Shown one piece after another: positions 9,120 through 19,197 of a stretch of 54,712 nucleotides of DNA. Numbering within the stretch: position 1 is the first letter of the stretch; each line of letters starts with the position of its first letter. The notes beneath the pieces were generated by a model. The model was not told where the DNA came from. It searched no databases and worked only from the letters and a program-made list of their open reading frames with translations. This DNA comes from Minisyncoccota bacterium (GTDB taxonomy: Bacteria; Patescibacteriota; Minisyncoccia; 2-02-FULL-40-12; IGHO2-12-FULL-4): contig DATDTF010000024.1 in NCBI GenBank assembly GCA_036517795.1, positions 1-54,712 on the forward strand, read 5' to 3'. The translations under genes were made by a program, and so were the position numbers.

Positions 9120-10286
9120 ATGGGGGAAAAAACCAAGAAAATACTCATTTTAAGCACATCCTATTTGCCGATGGTCGGCGGTTCGGAAATCGCTATTAGA
9201 GAGATAACTTCAAGACTAATGGATTTTGAATTTGACCTGATAACCGCTTCAAATCCGGTTGCGAGTCCAAAAGAAGAAAAAATGGCCAACGTCAACGTGT
9301 TCAGGGTCGGTAGTCGCTTGAGTTTATCTAAGTTTTTGTTGCCTAAAAATTTTTTGCCCCTTGCCATATTTCTTAAGGCAGTGGAGTTGATTAAAGAAAA
9401 AGGGTCATATGATATGATTCATGTTTTTCAAGCTTCTCAAGCCGCCGGAGCCGCCTGGCTTTTGAAATGGCAATATCCGAAACTGCCAGTTTTACTAACG
9501 GTTCAGGAAGGACAAGATTTGAAACGGCAAAATTTTTTAAAAAAGTTTTTTCGTCGGTTGATTATCAGTAAAATTGACTTTGCTACCGCAATCAGTGTTT
9601 ATCTCAAAGATTACGTCTTAGGGTTAAGGAAGAACCTTTCTGTTTCCGTGATTCCAAACGGGGTGGATGTGGCTAAATTCACCAAGGATTTTAGCTATGG
9701 CGAACTTTCATCACTGGCTGACCAACTCGGCATTCTTCCAGACGAAAAAGTCATTGTCAGTACCGGTCGTCTGGTATTCAAGAATGGTTTAGATATTTTA
9801 ATTAAAGCTTTTGCAATTCTGGCCACAAAAGATAGAGAAAAACGATACAAACTTTTGATTGTAGGAGAAGGAAACCAAGAATGGGAACTCACTGGCTTAG
9901 CCGAGGCTTTGGGTGTTGCCGACAAGGTTATTTTTGTTAAGTCCGTCAGCCAAGATGAATTGCCCAGATATCTCAAAATCTCTCATATATTTGTCAGACC
10001 TTCGCGGTCCGAAGGTTTGGGTAACTCTTTCTTGGAAGCCATGGCAACCGGACTGCCGATAGTCGGAACAGCGGTGGGCGGTATTACCGATTTTTTATTT
10101 CATAATCAGACGGGTTTGATTTGCAATGCGTCTAAGCCGGAAGATATTTCTGAAAAAATAGGGGTACTTTTAGAAGATGATAACCTAAGGAGAAAAGTTA
10201 TTAAAAACGGCCAGGAACTAGTAAAAGAAAAATATGACTGGGACAAAATTGCTACAGAATATGCTAAAATTTACAATAACATATGA
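9120..10286 (+). CDS. GT4 glycosyltransferase
   Basis: [40 protein letters not shown] 9120 is preferred over the track TTG 9081, which would overlap the divergent gene. Confidence 0.8.
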   Translation: MGEKTKKILILSTSYLPMVGGSEIAIREITSRLMDFEFDLITASNPVASPKEEKMANVNVFRVGSRLSLSKFLLPKNFLPLAIFLKAVELIKEKGSYDMIHVFQASQAAGAAWLLKWQYPKLPVLLTVQEGQDLKRQNFLKKFFRRLIISKIDFATAISVYLKDYVLGLRKNLSVSVIPNGVDVAKFTKDFSYGELSSLADQLGILPDEKVIVSTGRLVFKNGLDILIKAFAILATKDREKRYKLLIVGEGNQEWELTGLAEALGVADKVIFVKSVSQDELPRYLKISHIFVRPSRSEGLGNSFLEAMATGLPIVGTAVGGITDFLFHNQTGLICNASKPEDISEKIGVLLEDDNLRRKVIKNGQELVKEKYDWDKIATEYAKIYNNI

Positions 10287-10990
10287 CTAAGTTATCTATA
10301 ATTATTCCTGTCTATAACGAGTCCCAGACGGTAGAAGAACTCTTAAAAAGAGTAGCCGGTGTGCGGTTGGATGGTGTGGAAAAGGAAATTATTATTGTTG
10401 ACGACTGCTCCACTGATGGAACAAGGGAGGTAGTCAGGGGGGTTATGACTCCCGACCTAAAGATTTTTTTTCAGGAAAAGAACCAAGGCAAAGGGGCGGC
10501 TATTAAAAAAGGGTTTACAGAAGCGACCGGAGACATTCTTATCATTCAGGATGCAGATTTAGAGTATGATCCCAACGAGTATGGCGTTCTCATAAAGCCT
10601 ATTCTGGAAGGCAAAGCTGATGTTGTCTTTGGTTCTCGTTTTATAGGCAATCAGCCGCACAGAGTTTTTTACAACAGCCATTATCTGGCTAACAAATTTT
10701 TAACTTTTTTATCAAACCTGTTTACCGGAATTAATCTTACTGATATGGAGACCTGTTATAAAGTTTTTACAAAAAACGCTATGGAAAAGATTTTACCCGG
10801 ATTAAGCTCAAAACGTTTTGGCATTGAGCCGGAACTGGTGGCTAAGGTGGCTAAAAATAAGTTGAGAGTTTTTGAGGTCGGCATTTCTTATAGCGGGCGG
10901 ACTTATGAAGAGGGCAAACATATAAACTGGAAAGACGGTTTGGCGGCAATATGGCATATCATCAGATTTAACTTATTTTCAAGAAAATGA
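10283..10990 (+). CDS. GT2 glycosyltransferase (soluble Dpm1-like)
   Basis: [19 protein letters not shown] and QDADLEYDP motifs; ATGA overlap with the upstream gene. Confidence 0.8.
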   Translation: MTKLSIIIPVYNESQTVEELLKRVAGVRLDGVEKEIIIVDDCSTDGTREVVRGVMTPDLKIFFQEKNQGKGAAIKKGFTEATGDILIIQDADLEYDPNEYGVLIKPILEGKADVVFGSRFIGNQPHRVFYNSHYLANKFLTFLSNLFTGINLTDMETCYKVFTKNAMEKILPGLSSKRFGIEPELVAKVAKNKLRVFEVGISYSGRTYEEGKHINWKDGLAAIWHIIRFNLFSRK

Positions 10991-12147
10991 AAAAAATACT
11001 GATTGTAACCGGAATTTTTCCGCCCGATATCGGCGGACCGGCTTCTTACGCCGAGACTGTCGGACAAAAGTTGTCTGATGATTTTAAGGTTTCAGTGGTC
11101 ACATATTCTTCTGTGAGAAAGTTTTCGGAAGATAAAAAATTTAATTTTAAGATAACCAGGGTTTGGAAAAAACTCCCTTGGTTTTTGAGACATTTGACTT
11201 ATTTTTGCAAGATATTTTTCAAATCAAAACACAATGATATCATTTTTTCTCTAAGCACCATTAACGGCGGCATCGCCGGCCTGATGTCGGCAAAGTTTTT
11301 CAAAAAGAAGTTTTTTATAAGAATAGTGGGGGATTACGCTTGGCAGTCAGCTGTTTTAAAAAGAAAAACTGACTTGCTGATAGATGATTTTCAAAAATCT
11401 AAAAAGAGCGGCTGGATTAGATTGTTGTTCTGGCTCCAGTCCTTTATTTGCCGAAAAGCCGATGTGATAATTGTGCCTTCCGAATATATTTCTGAATTAG
11501 TGCGGGGTTGGGGAGTGCCAAAAGAGAAAGTTGAAGTTGTTTACAATGGAAGTGACTTTAAGCCGGCAGAATTGAGCAAAGAAGATTCTAGGAAAAAAAT
11601 CGGCATTGCCGGCAACATCATCCTTTCTTATGGGCGGTTAGTGCCATGGAAGGGATTTAGGATGCTGATAAAAATAATGCCTAAACTTTTGGAGATAAAC
11701 CAATTTTTCAGGCTGGTTATTGTCGGCGAGGGGCCGGAGTTAAAGACCTTGCAAACAATGGTGAAAAATATGGGCCTGGAGAAGAAAGTTTATCTGATAG
11801 GCAAGCAAAGCAAAGAACAATTGGCGGTCTATTTGGCGGCGGCCGATGTCTTTGTTTTAAATACCGGTTACGAAGGTTTTTCTCACGAAATTCTTGAGGC
11901 AATGCTGGCTGGTGTGCCGGTGGTAACGACATGCGTCGGGGGCAACAAAGAGATTATCCATCAAGGCAAAAACGGTTTTATGGTCAAATATAATGACGAG
12001 TTTAATTTAATTGAGGCGATTAAAACAGTCTGTCAGAAGCCGGAACTACAGAAAATGTTTACCGAAAATGGCAAAGAAACGGCAAAGTATTTTAGCGTTG
12101 AAAAAATGCTGGAGAAGACTGTTAAGTTGTTAAGAACACAAATTTAA
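10987..12147 (+). CDS. GT4 glycosyltransferase
   Basis: [39 protein letters not shown]; ATGA overlap. Confidence 0.8.
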   Translation: MKKILIVTGIFPPDIGGPASYAETVGQKLSDDFKVSVVTYSSVRKFSEDKKFNFKITRVWKKLPWFLRHLTYFCKIFFKSKHNDIIFSLSTINGGIAGLMSAKFFKKKFFIRIVGDYAWQSAVLKRKTDLLIDDFQKSKKSGWIRLLFWLQSFICRKADVIIVPSEYISELVRGWGVPKEKVEVVYNGSDFKPAELSKEDSRKKIGIAGNIILSYGRLVPWKGFRMLIKIMPKLLEINQFFRLVIVGEGPELKTLQTMVKNMGLEKKVYLIGKQSKEQLAVYLAAADVFVLNTGYEGFSHEILEAMLAGVPVVTTCVGGNKEIIHQGKNGFMVKYNDEFNLIEAIKTVCQKPELQKMFTENGKETAKYFSVEKMLEKTVKLLRTQI

Positions 12148-12150
12148 TTT

Positions 12151-13263
12151 ATGCCGAAATTATTAATGATAACCGGGTTGGGCAGTGCGAGAGACTTGGC
12201 TTCAGGCAAGAAGGGGGCGTTTTACAATACTCTGGAAGAGTTTCATAAATATTGGGACCGTGTGGACATTATATGCCCACGAGTGGACGAAAAGTTAAAA
12301 GTTCAAAGCTTATTCGGTAATGTTTACTTGCACATTTCGCCTTGGCCTCTTTTTTTTCAACCATTATTTTTTATCCGTAAAATATTGGAGCTTCATAAGA
12401 AAATTAACTTTGACTTGATGACGGTTCACGAGTTTCCGCCGTTTTATAACGGCATCGGTGCGAGGTTATTATGGCAAAAGATTAAAGTTCCCTATGTTCT
12501 TGAAGTAATGCATATACCGGGTTATCCCAAAGCAGGAAATTTGAAGGAATATGTCTATAGGATTTTAACGAAATATTTTATTAAAATTGATTCGTCAAAA
12601 GCAAAAGCGGTAAGAGTTATCAATAAAAAGGAAACTCCTGATTTTTTAGTTAAAGCAGGCGTGCCGAGACACAAGCTTGTTTACATTCCGGCTTTCTATG
12701 TTGATTTGGACATTTTCAAACCGACAGATGTTGTGAAAGAATACGACCTGATATTTGTCGGGCGCTTGGCTGAAAACAAAGGCATAAATTTGTTTTTGGA
12801 GGCGGTAAAATTACTTGTTAAAGATTACCAACTACCGGTTAGAGCTTTGATTGTCGGCGACGGGCCTCTCAAAAAAGATATAAAATTAAAAGTTGAAAAT
12901 TGGAAGTTGAAAATTGATGAATATGGCTGGGCGAAAGACCAGAAGGAAGTAGCCGGCTTGCTCAATAGATCAAAAATACTGGTCATGCCTTCTTACAATG
13001 AAGGCGGGCCAAGAGTGGTGATTGAAGCCATGGCCTGCGGTGTGCCGGTTTTGGCGACTTCAGTGGGTTTAGTTCCCGATTTGGGATCAGTTGTTGTCAA
13101 AATAGATTGGAATAGCGAAGACATAGCCAAGAAAGCAAAGTTTGTCCTGGGTGATCATTTAGAATATATGCGTCTAAAGCAAGAAGGATTGGATGTTGTC
13201 AGACAGTTTGAGAAAAAAGTGGCCATAAAAAATTATGCCGAGAAGTTAAAAAATTTATTATGA
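12151..13263 (+). CDS. GT4 glycosyltransferase
   Basis: NEGGPRVVIEAMACGVPVLATSVG. Confidence 0.75.
   Translation: MPKLLMITGLGSARDLASGKKGAFYNTLEEFHKYWDRVDIICPRVDEKLKVQSLFGNVYLHISPWPLFFQPLFFIRKILELHKKINFDLMTVHEFPPFYNGIGARLLWQKIKVPYVLEVMHIPGYPKAGNLKEYVYRILTKYFIKIDSSKAKAVRVINKKETPDFLVKAGVPRHKLVYIPAFYVDLDIFKPTDVVKEYDLIFVGRLAENKGINLFLEAVKLLVKDYQLPVRALIVGDGPLKKDIKLKVENWKLKIDEYGWAKDQKEVAGLLNRSKILVMPSYNEGGPRVVIEAMACGVPVLATSVGLVPDLGSVVVKIDWNSEDIAKKAKFVLGDHLEYMRLKQEGLDVVRQFEKKVAIKNYAEKLKNLL
12890..12916 (+). repeat. Tandem direct repeat AAGTTGAAAATTG x2 with a 14-bp period, inside a GT4 gene
   Basis: Copies at 12890-12902 and 12904-12916 are identical (13/13). The period is not a multiple of 3. Confidence 0.9.
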
Positions 13264-14312
13264 ATCTGTTGATTACTACCCAAAAAGTTGATAAAAATGA
13301 CCAACTTCTTGGATTTTTCATTGAATGGTTGAGGGAGTTTGCTCAAAAGTTTGAAAAAATAACCGTTCTTTGTCTTGAGAAAGGAGAGTTTGAATTGCCC
13401 GAAAATGTAAAGGTATTGAGTTTGGGCAAAGACAGGGGATCTGGTAAACTAAGACAACTTTCTGCTTTCTACTTCTTAATTTATACTCATCGGAACGATT
13501 ATGATGCTGTTTTTGTTCACATGAATCCAATTTGGATGGTTTTGGGCGGGATATGTTGGAAAATGTTGGGTAAAAAAAAGTTTCTTTGGTATACAAGCGG
13601 AGGAGTGACTTTGAAATTAAAAATTGCTGAAAAACTTGCCGATAAAGTTCTTACCGCGTCTCCGGAGAGCTTTCGCTTTAAATCAAAAAAAGTTGTTGTT
13701 ACCGGTCATGGGATAGATACGGGACTGTTTCAGCCAGATTTTTCGAGGTCGAACCTCAAAGACGGGGTCCCGAGGTTCGACCTCGGGGAGATCAAGATTC
13801 TAAGTGTGGGTCGGATTGCGCCGGTTAAAAACTATGAGACGCTTATAGAGGCGGCTAAGATATTGAAAGATGAAGGAGTCAACTTTGCCATAACAATGAT
13901 CGGCGAGGCGCCTCTTGAAAAAGACAAGGAATACGAAAAAAAAATAAAATTACTAATTACGGATTACCAGTTACAAAATTTTTTTAATTTTGTCGGGAAG
14001 GTCAGCCACAAAGAACTGTTGAAATATTACCAATTGCATGATTTATTTGTTCACTTGTCTAAAACAGGCAGTTTAGACAAAACACTTCTTGAGGCGATGG
14101 CCTGTGGTATGAGTGTTTTGAGCTCAAGCGATGCGGCAAGATATTTTTTACCGCCGGAATTAATATTTAACGAAAGTGACTTTACTGGATTAGCCGAAAA
14201 AATTAAGCTGGTGAATACCAAGTTTTACGGTCAGGAACTAAGAAAATATATTTTGGAAAACCACAATTTAGGCAACTTAATTAATAAAATCAGTGAGATT
14301 GTAAAATTATGA
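13260..14312 (+). CDS. GT4 glycosyltransferase
   Basis: ILSVGRIAPVKN and GSLDKTLLEAMACGMSVLSS; ATGA overlap. Confidence 0.75.
   Translation: MNLLITTQKVDKNDQLLGFFIEWLREFAQKFEKITVLCLEKGEFELPENVKVLSLGKDRGSGKLRQLSAFYFLIYTHRNDYDAVFVHMNPIWMVLGGICWKMLGKKKFLWYTSGGVTLKLKIAEKLADKVLTASPESFRFKSKKVVVTGHGIDTGLFQPDFSRSNLKDGVPRFDLGEIKILSVGRIAPVKNYETLIEAAKILKDEGVNFAITMIGEAPLEKDKEYEKKIKLLITDYQLQNFFNFVGKVSHKELLKYYQLHDLFVHLSKTGSLDKTLLEAMACGMSVLSSSDAARYFLPPELIFNESDFTGLAEKIKLVNTKFYGQELRKYILENHNLGNLINKISEIVKL
13744..13785. repeat. GC-rich perfect 14-bp inverted repeat within a GT4 linker region
   Basis: CGAGGTCGAACCTC (13744-13757) and GAGGTTCGACCTCG (13772-13785) are exact reverse complements. Each arm is itself a GAGGT-nnn-ACCTC mini-palindrome. 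Confidence 0.9.
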
Positions 14313-15364
14313 GAGTTTTATTTTTTGGAGTATACGACCCGAATTATGCCCGTAACTGGGTTTTGATAAATGGTCTAAGAAAAAACGGCGTTGAGGTTGT
14401 TGAACTAAGGCGGAAGCCGCAGCGTTTTAGTTTGTTTCGGCTATTTTTTGACTATTTAAAGTTTAAAAAAAACTTTGACATTATGATTGTCGGTTTTCCC
14501 GGCCAAGAAGCGATGTTTCTTGCAAGATGGCTTACATTAAAACCAATTATTTTTGACGTCTTTACCTCGCATTACGGCGGGTATATTCTGGATAGACAAA
14601 AGTTCTCAAAAAATAGTTTTCGAGCCAAGTATTATAGATTCCTGGACAGGTGGTCTTGTAAGCTAGCCGATATTGTTTTGCTTGATACGAATGCTCACAT
14701 TAATTTTTTTATGAAAGAGTTTAACCTTCCAAGAGATAAGTTCCGAAGAATTTGGATAGGAGCAAACGACCAAATTTTCCAACCCGGAGGCACCTTTCAG
14801 AAAATGGATAACTTGTTTAGGGTTATATTCTTTGGGACTTATGTTCCTTTGCAGGGGGCGGAATACATTGTAAGAGCGGCAAAAATATTAGAAGCCGATA
14901 AAGACATCGTTTTTTGTTTTATAGGCAAGGGACAGAACAAGCCTAAAAGCATTAACTTGGCCAATGAGCTGAAGTTGAAAAACATAGAATTTATAGATAT
15001 GATGAGGCCTGAAGATTTAAGGCTTAAAATATGCGAATCAGATGTTGTTTTGGGCTTATTTGGCGATACTCCCAAAACACCGCTCGTTATCCCCAATAAA
15101 GTTTACGAAGCCTTAGCAATGAAAAAACCGGTTATTACGGCCGACACAGAGGCGATTAGGGAGTTGTTTGACGCGAATGACATGTTCTTGGTCAAACCTG
15201 CTAATCCGGAAGAGCTTGCCGGAGCAATCATTAAACTAAAGAATAATCCCGAGCTAAGAAATAAATTAGCTGAAAACGGATATAACAAATTCAAGGAGAA
15301 TGCGTCGCATAAGGTGCTTGGAGAAAAACTTTTGAAAATAGTCAATGAAATCAAAAAAAACTAA
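14309..15364 (+). CDS. GT-B fold glycosyltransferase (GT4-like), paralog of 30569-31609
   Basis: FFGTYVPLQGAEYIVRAAKIL and VIPNKVYEALAMKKPVITADT, with matching motifs in the 30569 gene; ATGA overlap. Confidence 0.65.
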   Translation: MRVLFFGVYDPNYARNWVLINGLRKNGVEVVELRRKPQRFSLFRLFFDYLKFKKNFDIMIVGFPGQEAMFLARWLTLKPIIFDVFTSHYGGYILDRQKFSKNSFRAKYYRFLDRWSCKLADIVLLDTNAHINFFMKEFNLPRDKFRRIWIGANDQIFQPGGTFQKMDNLFRVIFFGTYVPLQGAEYIVRAAKILEADKDIVFCFIGKGQNKPKSINLANELKLKNIEFIDMMRPEDLRLKICESDVVLGLFGDTPKTPLVIPNKVYEALAMKKPVITADTEAIRELFDANDMFLVKPANPEELAGAIIKLKNNPELRNKLAENGYNKFKENASHKVLGEKLLKIVNEIKKN

Positions 15365-16382
15365 AATTTTAGTTACCGGTTCGGCCGGATTTATAGGCAG
15401 TCATATTTATGACATTCTTTTCGGTATGGGACACGAGGTGTACGGGATTGACGACTTGTCCGGAGGATTTTTGAGAAATGTTTCGCAGAAAAATTTTTTT
15501 ACAAAGCTTGACTTAAGAGACAGGGCCAAAGTGGCTGTTTACATAGAAAAACTTAAGCCGGAAATAATATTTCATTTAGCTGCCGATGCAACTGAAGGAA
15601 GGAGTCAATTCACCCCATTTAGCGCCATAGACAGGAATATAGTGGCTTATACTAATTTACTTGTGCCAGCCATTAAACATGGCTTAAAGAAGATGATTCT
15701 CACCAGTTCTATGAGCGTTTATGGTGCACAGCAAACGCCTTTTAATGAGGATATGATTCCCCAACCGGAAGATATATATGGAATAGCTAAAACAGCTATG
15801 GAGCAAAAAACAAGAGTTATGGGCAAGGTTTATGATTTTAAATACGTCATTATTAGACCTCATAACGTTTATGGCCCTCGGCAAAATTTATCCGATCCAT
15901 ACAGAAACGTAGTCGGTATTTTTATTAACAGACTTCTTCACGGGAAGAACTTTTACATTTACGGTGACGGCAAACAAAAAAGAGCTTTTTCTCACATTGA
16001 CGATGTTGCGCCGGCGATGGTCAGGGCTGGTTTTGATAAAAAGTGTGAGGGGAAAGTTCTTAATTTAGGTTCTGATATGCCAGTAACTTTAAATGAGTTG
16101 TCTAAAATTGTGTTGGAAGAATTTTTTGGCCGTGGAAAAATTCCTGCTAAGTTCCTGCCCAAAAAGTTTCCAGCTCGGCCCCAGGAGGTTAAATATGCTT
16201 ATTGCAGTCACGAAATTGCAAAAAAACTCATTGGCTTTCAGGATAAGGTATCTCTTCGGTCGGGCGTTAGGGATATGATAGTCTGGGCTAGTTCTCTTGG
16301 TCGTCAACCTTTCGTTTACCTGGCATCAATGGATCTGGAGCATGACTCTTCTCCCGCCACTTGGAAAGCAAAACTCATTTGA
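15345..16382 (+). CDS. NAD-dependent nucleotide-sugar epimerase/dehydratase (extended SDR)
   Basis: ILVTGSAGFIGSH, SSMSVYG, YGIAKTAME (YxxxK) and RPHNVYGP. Confidence 0.8.
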   Translation: MKSKKTKILVTGSAGFIGSHIYDILFGMGHEVYGIDDLSGGFLRNVSQKNFFTKLDLRDRAKVAVYIEKLKPEIIFHLAADATEGRSQFTPFSAIDRNIVAYTNLLVPAIKHGLKKMILTSSMSVYGAQQTPFNEDMIPQPEDIYGIAKTAMEQKTRVMGKVYDFKYVIIRPHNVYGPRQNLSDPYRNVVGIFINRLLHGKNFYIYGDGKQKRAFSHIDDVAPAMVRAGFDKKCEGKVLNLGSDMPVTLNELSKIVLEEFFGRGKIPAKFLPKKFPARPQEVKYAYCSHEIAKKLIGFQDKVSLRSGVRDMIVWASSLGRQPFVYLASMDLEHDSSPATWKAKLI

Positions 16383-16387
16383 AAAAT

Positions 16388-17539
16388 ATGGATATTTTGA
16401 CGGTTGGTTATGCCTACATAAAAAAAGGTTATCTTGACACTTTCAACCACTATCCCGAAAAGGATAGAATATCTTTTTTATTGCCGAAAATCTGGAAAGC
16501 AAAAGGCGGGAAATTAAAATTTTATCCGCCCAAGGAAAGAAATATTTTAAGGACCAATTTTTTTTTCCACCACTCGCATTATCCTTTGATTGGGGGATTG
16601 CTCAAAGGCTGGGCGCCTCTTTTTCCCCTGTTCTTGCTTAAGAGAAAATATCAGTTGGTTTACAGTTGCAGTGAGCCCTCCTTGTTAAGCACTCTTTATC
16701 AAGGGCTCTGGGCCAAGTTGTTTGGTCTTAAACACATAATTTTTACTTGGGAAAATATTCCTTATGAAAACAAATTTAAGGGGGTCAATCTTTTATTAAA
16801 AAAAATAATAATAAAGTTGAATCTATTGCTGTCCGATGGTGTCGTTTGCGGCAACCAAAAAGCCAAAGTAATTTTTAGTAAAATAACTTCAAAACCTATT
16901 GCGGTAATTCCCTTGAGCGGGGTGGATACGGATTTTTTCAGGCGGGAGGACGGTTTCAAAGAAATAGAAAACTACAATTTGACGGGAAAAATTGTTTTTA
17001 ACTTTAGCGGAGCAATCGGATACCGCAAGGGCCTTCAGGTAATTTTACGAGCTTTTAAAAAGGTTTTGGCTGAAATACCCAATGCGCATTTAGTTATAAT
17101 GGGGAGCGGAGAGTATGAGGACAAGGTAAGGGAGTTGGTTCGCGAATTGGGATTAAATGAAAATTTAACGCTGACCAGCTGGCAGGACAGAGAGGGGCTA
17201 AAGAGAGGACTGAACGCATCAGATGTTTTCTTGTATCCCAGTTTGTCTTATGGAGGATGGGAGGAACAGTTTGGTTATTCCATGGCCGAGGCATCTCTTA
17301 TGGAGTTGCCCGTTATTTCTACGAGGTCGGGTTCTATTGGCGAGGTCGTTTTGGATGGAGAAACGGGATTGTTGGTGGAGCCGGATGACATTGACGGTTT
17401 GAAGGAAGCTATGGTCAGGCTTGGTAAAGATTCTGAACTTAGAAAAAAAATGGGTCAGGCGGGCAGGAAGTATATAATAGAAAATTACAGTTATCAGATT
17501 ATAGCAAATAAATTCTATATTTTTTTTAAGTCTCTATGA
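16388..17539 (+). CDS. GT4 glycosyltransferase
   Basis: EEQFGYSMAEASLMELPVISTRSGSIGEVVLDGETGLLVEP. ATG 16388 is preferred over the track TTG 16361. Confidence 0.75.
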   Translation: MDILTVGYAYIKKGYLDTFNHYPEKDRISFLLPKIWKAKGGKLKFYPPKERNILRTNFFFHHSHYPLIGGLLKGWAPLFPLFLLKRKYQLVYSCSEPSLLSTLYQGLWAKLFGLKHIIFTWENIPYENKFKGVNLLLKKIIIKLNLLLSDGVVCGNQKAKVIFSKITSKPIAVIPLSGVDTDFFRREDGFKEIENYNLTGKIVFNFSGAIGYRKGLQVILRAFKKVLAEIPNAHLVIMGSGEYEDKVRELVRELGLNENLTLTSWQDREGLKRGLNASDVFLYPSLSYGGWEEQFGYSMAEASLMELPVISTRSGSIGEVVLDGETGLLVEPDDIDGLKEAMVRLGKDSELRKKMGQAGRKYIIENYSYQIIANKFYIFFKSL

Positions 17540-18732
17540 AGATACTGTATTTAGCCAACTTAAGACTGCCTACGGAAAAAGCCTATGGCATCCAGATCGC
17601 TAAAATGTGCGAAGCGTTTTCTGACAGCGTACAAGAAGTAAAGTTATTCTATCCTCGTCGTGAAAATCCAGCCGTAAACCAGGATATATTTTCCTATTAT
17701 TCAGTAAAAAATAACTTTACGGTTCAAGTAGTTGAATCTAAAGATTTTTATCTTCCCGGTTTTTTAGACAAAATATCTTTTCTTATTAAAAACTATTTTT
17801 CAGCCAAAGTGTTGGTGGGCGAAGCGTTAAAAGAAGAAAACGTAGATGTTTATTATACTCGCGATGAACGGGTGGCTAAACTTTTGAGCAAGAAAAATAA
17901 AAAAGTTATTTTTGAATGTCACAGATTCTCAAATAAGAGAAAAAGATTTTATTCTTACTTCAAAAAGAAAAATTTAAAAATAGTCGCTATTTCCGGGGGT
18001 TTAAGGGAGGATTTGGTAAAATTCGGTATCAAAGATTCTAATATTAGGGTTGCACACGATGGCGTTGATTTGAAAGAATTTGATTTTCAGGAAACTGAAG
18101 ACGAGGCAAGATTAAGATTATTTAAAAACTTACACCACAATTCTTTTCTTCAAAAAAAGATAGCCGTTTATGTGGGCCAACTTTATCCATGGAAAGTGGG
18201 AGATATTTTTCGGAAAATGGCTAAGCATCTTTGTGAAAAAAATGTAAATTATCTCATATTTATTTTTGGTGGTACGGGCAAGAAAGACCCAGTTACGCTA
18301 AAAAAAGATATAGAAAATATCCTAGAAAAAACACATCCAAACATGGTACCTGTTATATCTTTGGGCTTATTTCCTCATCAGGACGTCCCTCATATTTTGA
18401 GGGCTGCTAACTGCGCGATCTTGATAGGCAATGAGTCAGATGCGACTTCAAAAAAATACACATCACCTCTGAAAATGTTTGAATATATGGCTTCCGGTTG
18501 TCCGATTGTGGCTCAAAACTTACCTTCTTTCAGAGAAGTTCTAAATGATAAAAACTCTTTTTTGGTGGAGCCTGGCAATGCAAAGGCCTTAGCTGACCAA
18601 ATAGCTCTGGTCTTTGATGAGAAGAACGAGCAGATCGCTAAAGACAAAGCCAGCCAAGCCCTAAAGGATGTTCAAGAATATACTTGGCAAAAGAGAGCCG
18701 AAAAAATAATAAGCTTTATAAATGAAGAATAA
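17536..18732 (+). CDS. GT-B glycosyltransferase (GT4/GT1-like)
   Basis: TSPLKMFEYMASGCPIVAQNLPSFREVLNDKNSFLVEP; ATGA overlap. Confidence 0.7.
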   Translation: MKILYLANLRLPTEKAYGIQIAKMCEAFSDSVQEVKLFYPRRENPAVNQDIFSYYSVKNNFTVQVVESKDFYLPGFLDKISFLIKNYFSAKVLVGEALKEENVDVYYTRDERVAKLLSKKNKKVIFECHRFSNKRKRFYSYFKKKNLKIVAISGGLREDLVKFGIKDSNIRVAHDGVDLKEFDFQETEDEARLRLFKNLHHNSFLQKKIAVYVGQLYPWKVGDIFRKMAKHLCEKNVNYLIFIFGGTGKKDPVTLKKDIENILEKTHPNMVPVISLGLFPHQDVPHILRAANCAILIGNESDATSKKYTSPLKMFEYMASGCPIVAQNLPSFREVLNDKNSFLVEPGNAKALADQIALVFDEKNEQIAKDKASQALKDVQEYTWQKRAEKIISFINEE

Positions 18733-19183
18733 AAGGCCGTTTTCAACGGAAGAGTTTAAAAAGATATACTCAAAGACACCTCGTTTATGTGTGGACCTGA
18801 TTATAAATACACCAAAGGGCATAGTCCTTTCTTTAAGGAGCATTGAGCCGTATAAGGGAGAGTGGCACTTCCCCGGAGGAACTGTTTTTTATAAGGAAAA
18901 GATTGTTGACGCGATAGACCGAGTGGCTTTGGAAGAGGTGGGCATAACCGTCAGAGTGGAAAAATTGCTCGGCTATATTGAGTATCCCAGTGAAGACAGA
19001 AAAGGAAGAGGATTTGGATATACAGTTTCTATGGCCTTTTTATGTTCTGCCGGCAGTATGGACTTTATTCCCAGCGAAGAGTCTTCAGAAATTAGAGTTT
19101 TTAGAAATCTGCCGGCCAAACTCATTAAAGAACAAAATGATTTTCTGAAGAAAGTCGGTCTAAAATTAAACCCCCTGATTTAG
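18722..19183 (+). CDS. Nudix hydrolase (nucleotide-sugar hydrolase-like, GDP-mannose mannosyl hydrolase type)
   Basis: Nudix box GEWHFPGGTVFYKEKIVDAIDRVALEEVGI; 153 aa. Confidence 0.7.
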   Translation: MKNKRPFSTEEFKKIYSKTPRLCVDLIINTPKGIVLSLRSIEPYKGEWHFPGGTVFYKEKIVDAIDRVALEEVGITVRVEKLLGYIEYPSEDRKGRGFGYTVSMAFLCSAGSMDFIPSEESSEIRVFRNLPAKLIKEQNDFLKKVGLKLNPLI

Positions 19184-19197
19184 GGGGTTTGTTTTTT
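19168..19197. terminator. Bidirectional intrinsic terminator shared by convergent, 4-bp-overlapping genes
   Basis: AAACCCCCT-gattt-AGGGGGTTT followed by GTTTTTT; the reverse direction is also T-rich. Both stop codons (TAG 19181-19183, TAA complement of 19180-19182) sit in the loop/stem. Confidence 0.75.

Noticed and set aside
9994-10020. 10-11 bp stem hairpin CAGACCTTCG-cggtc-CGAAGGTTTG inside a GT4 gene. Similar 8-9 bp stems occur at 8282-8300 and 14055-14080, and short palindromes at 38720-38731, 21052-21063 and 13905-13914.
   Set aside because: Arm lengths of 8-10 with variable loops are expected several times by chance in this window. These are not comparable to the 1403 and 13744 structures.
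13936-13944. Homopolymer tracts as phase-variation switches: A9 at 13936-13944, T9 at 16558-16566, several A8/T8 (e.g. 9045, 15353, 34590, 36113, 48609, 48665)
   Set aside because: Runs of 8-9 A/T encoding Lys/Phe are expected in an AT-rich genome. No poly-G/C tracts of 8 or more were seen. Without population read data there is no evidence for slippage.
15359-15374. Perfect 16-bp palindrome AACTAAAATTTTAGTT at the junction of genes 14309 and 15345
   Set aside because: About one such AT-rich 16-mer palindrome is expected by chance in 55 kb. It has no loop and would fold weakly.
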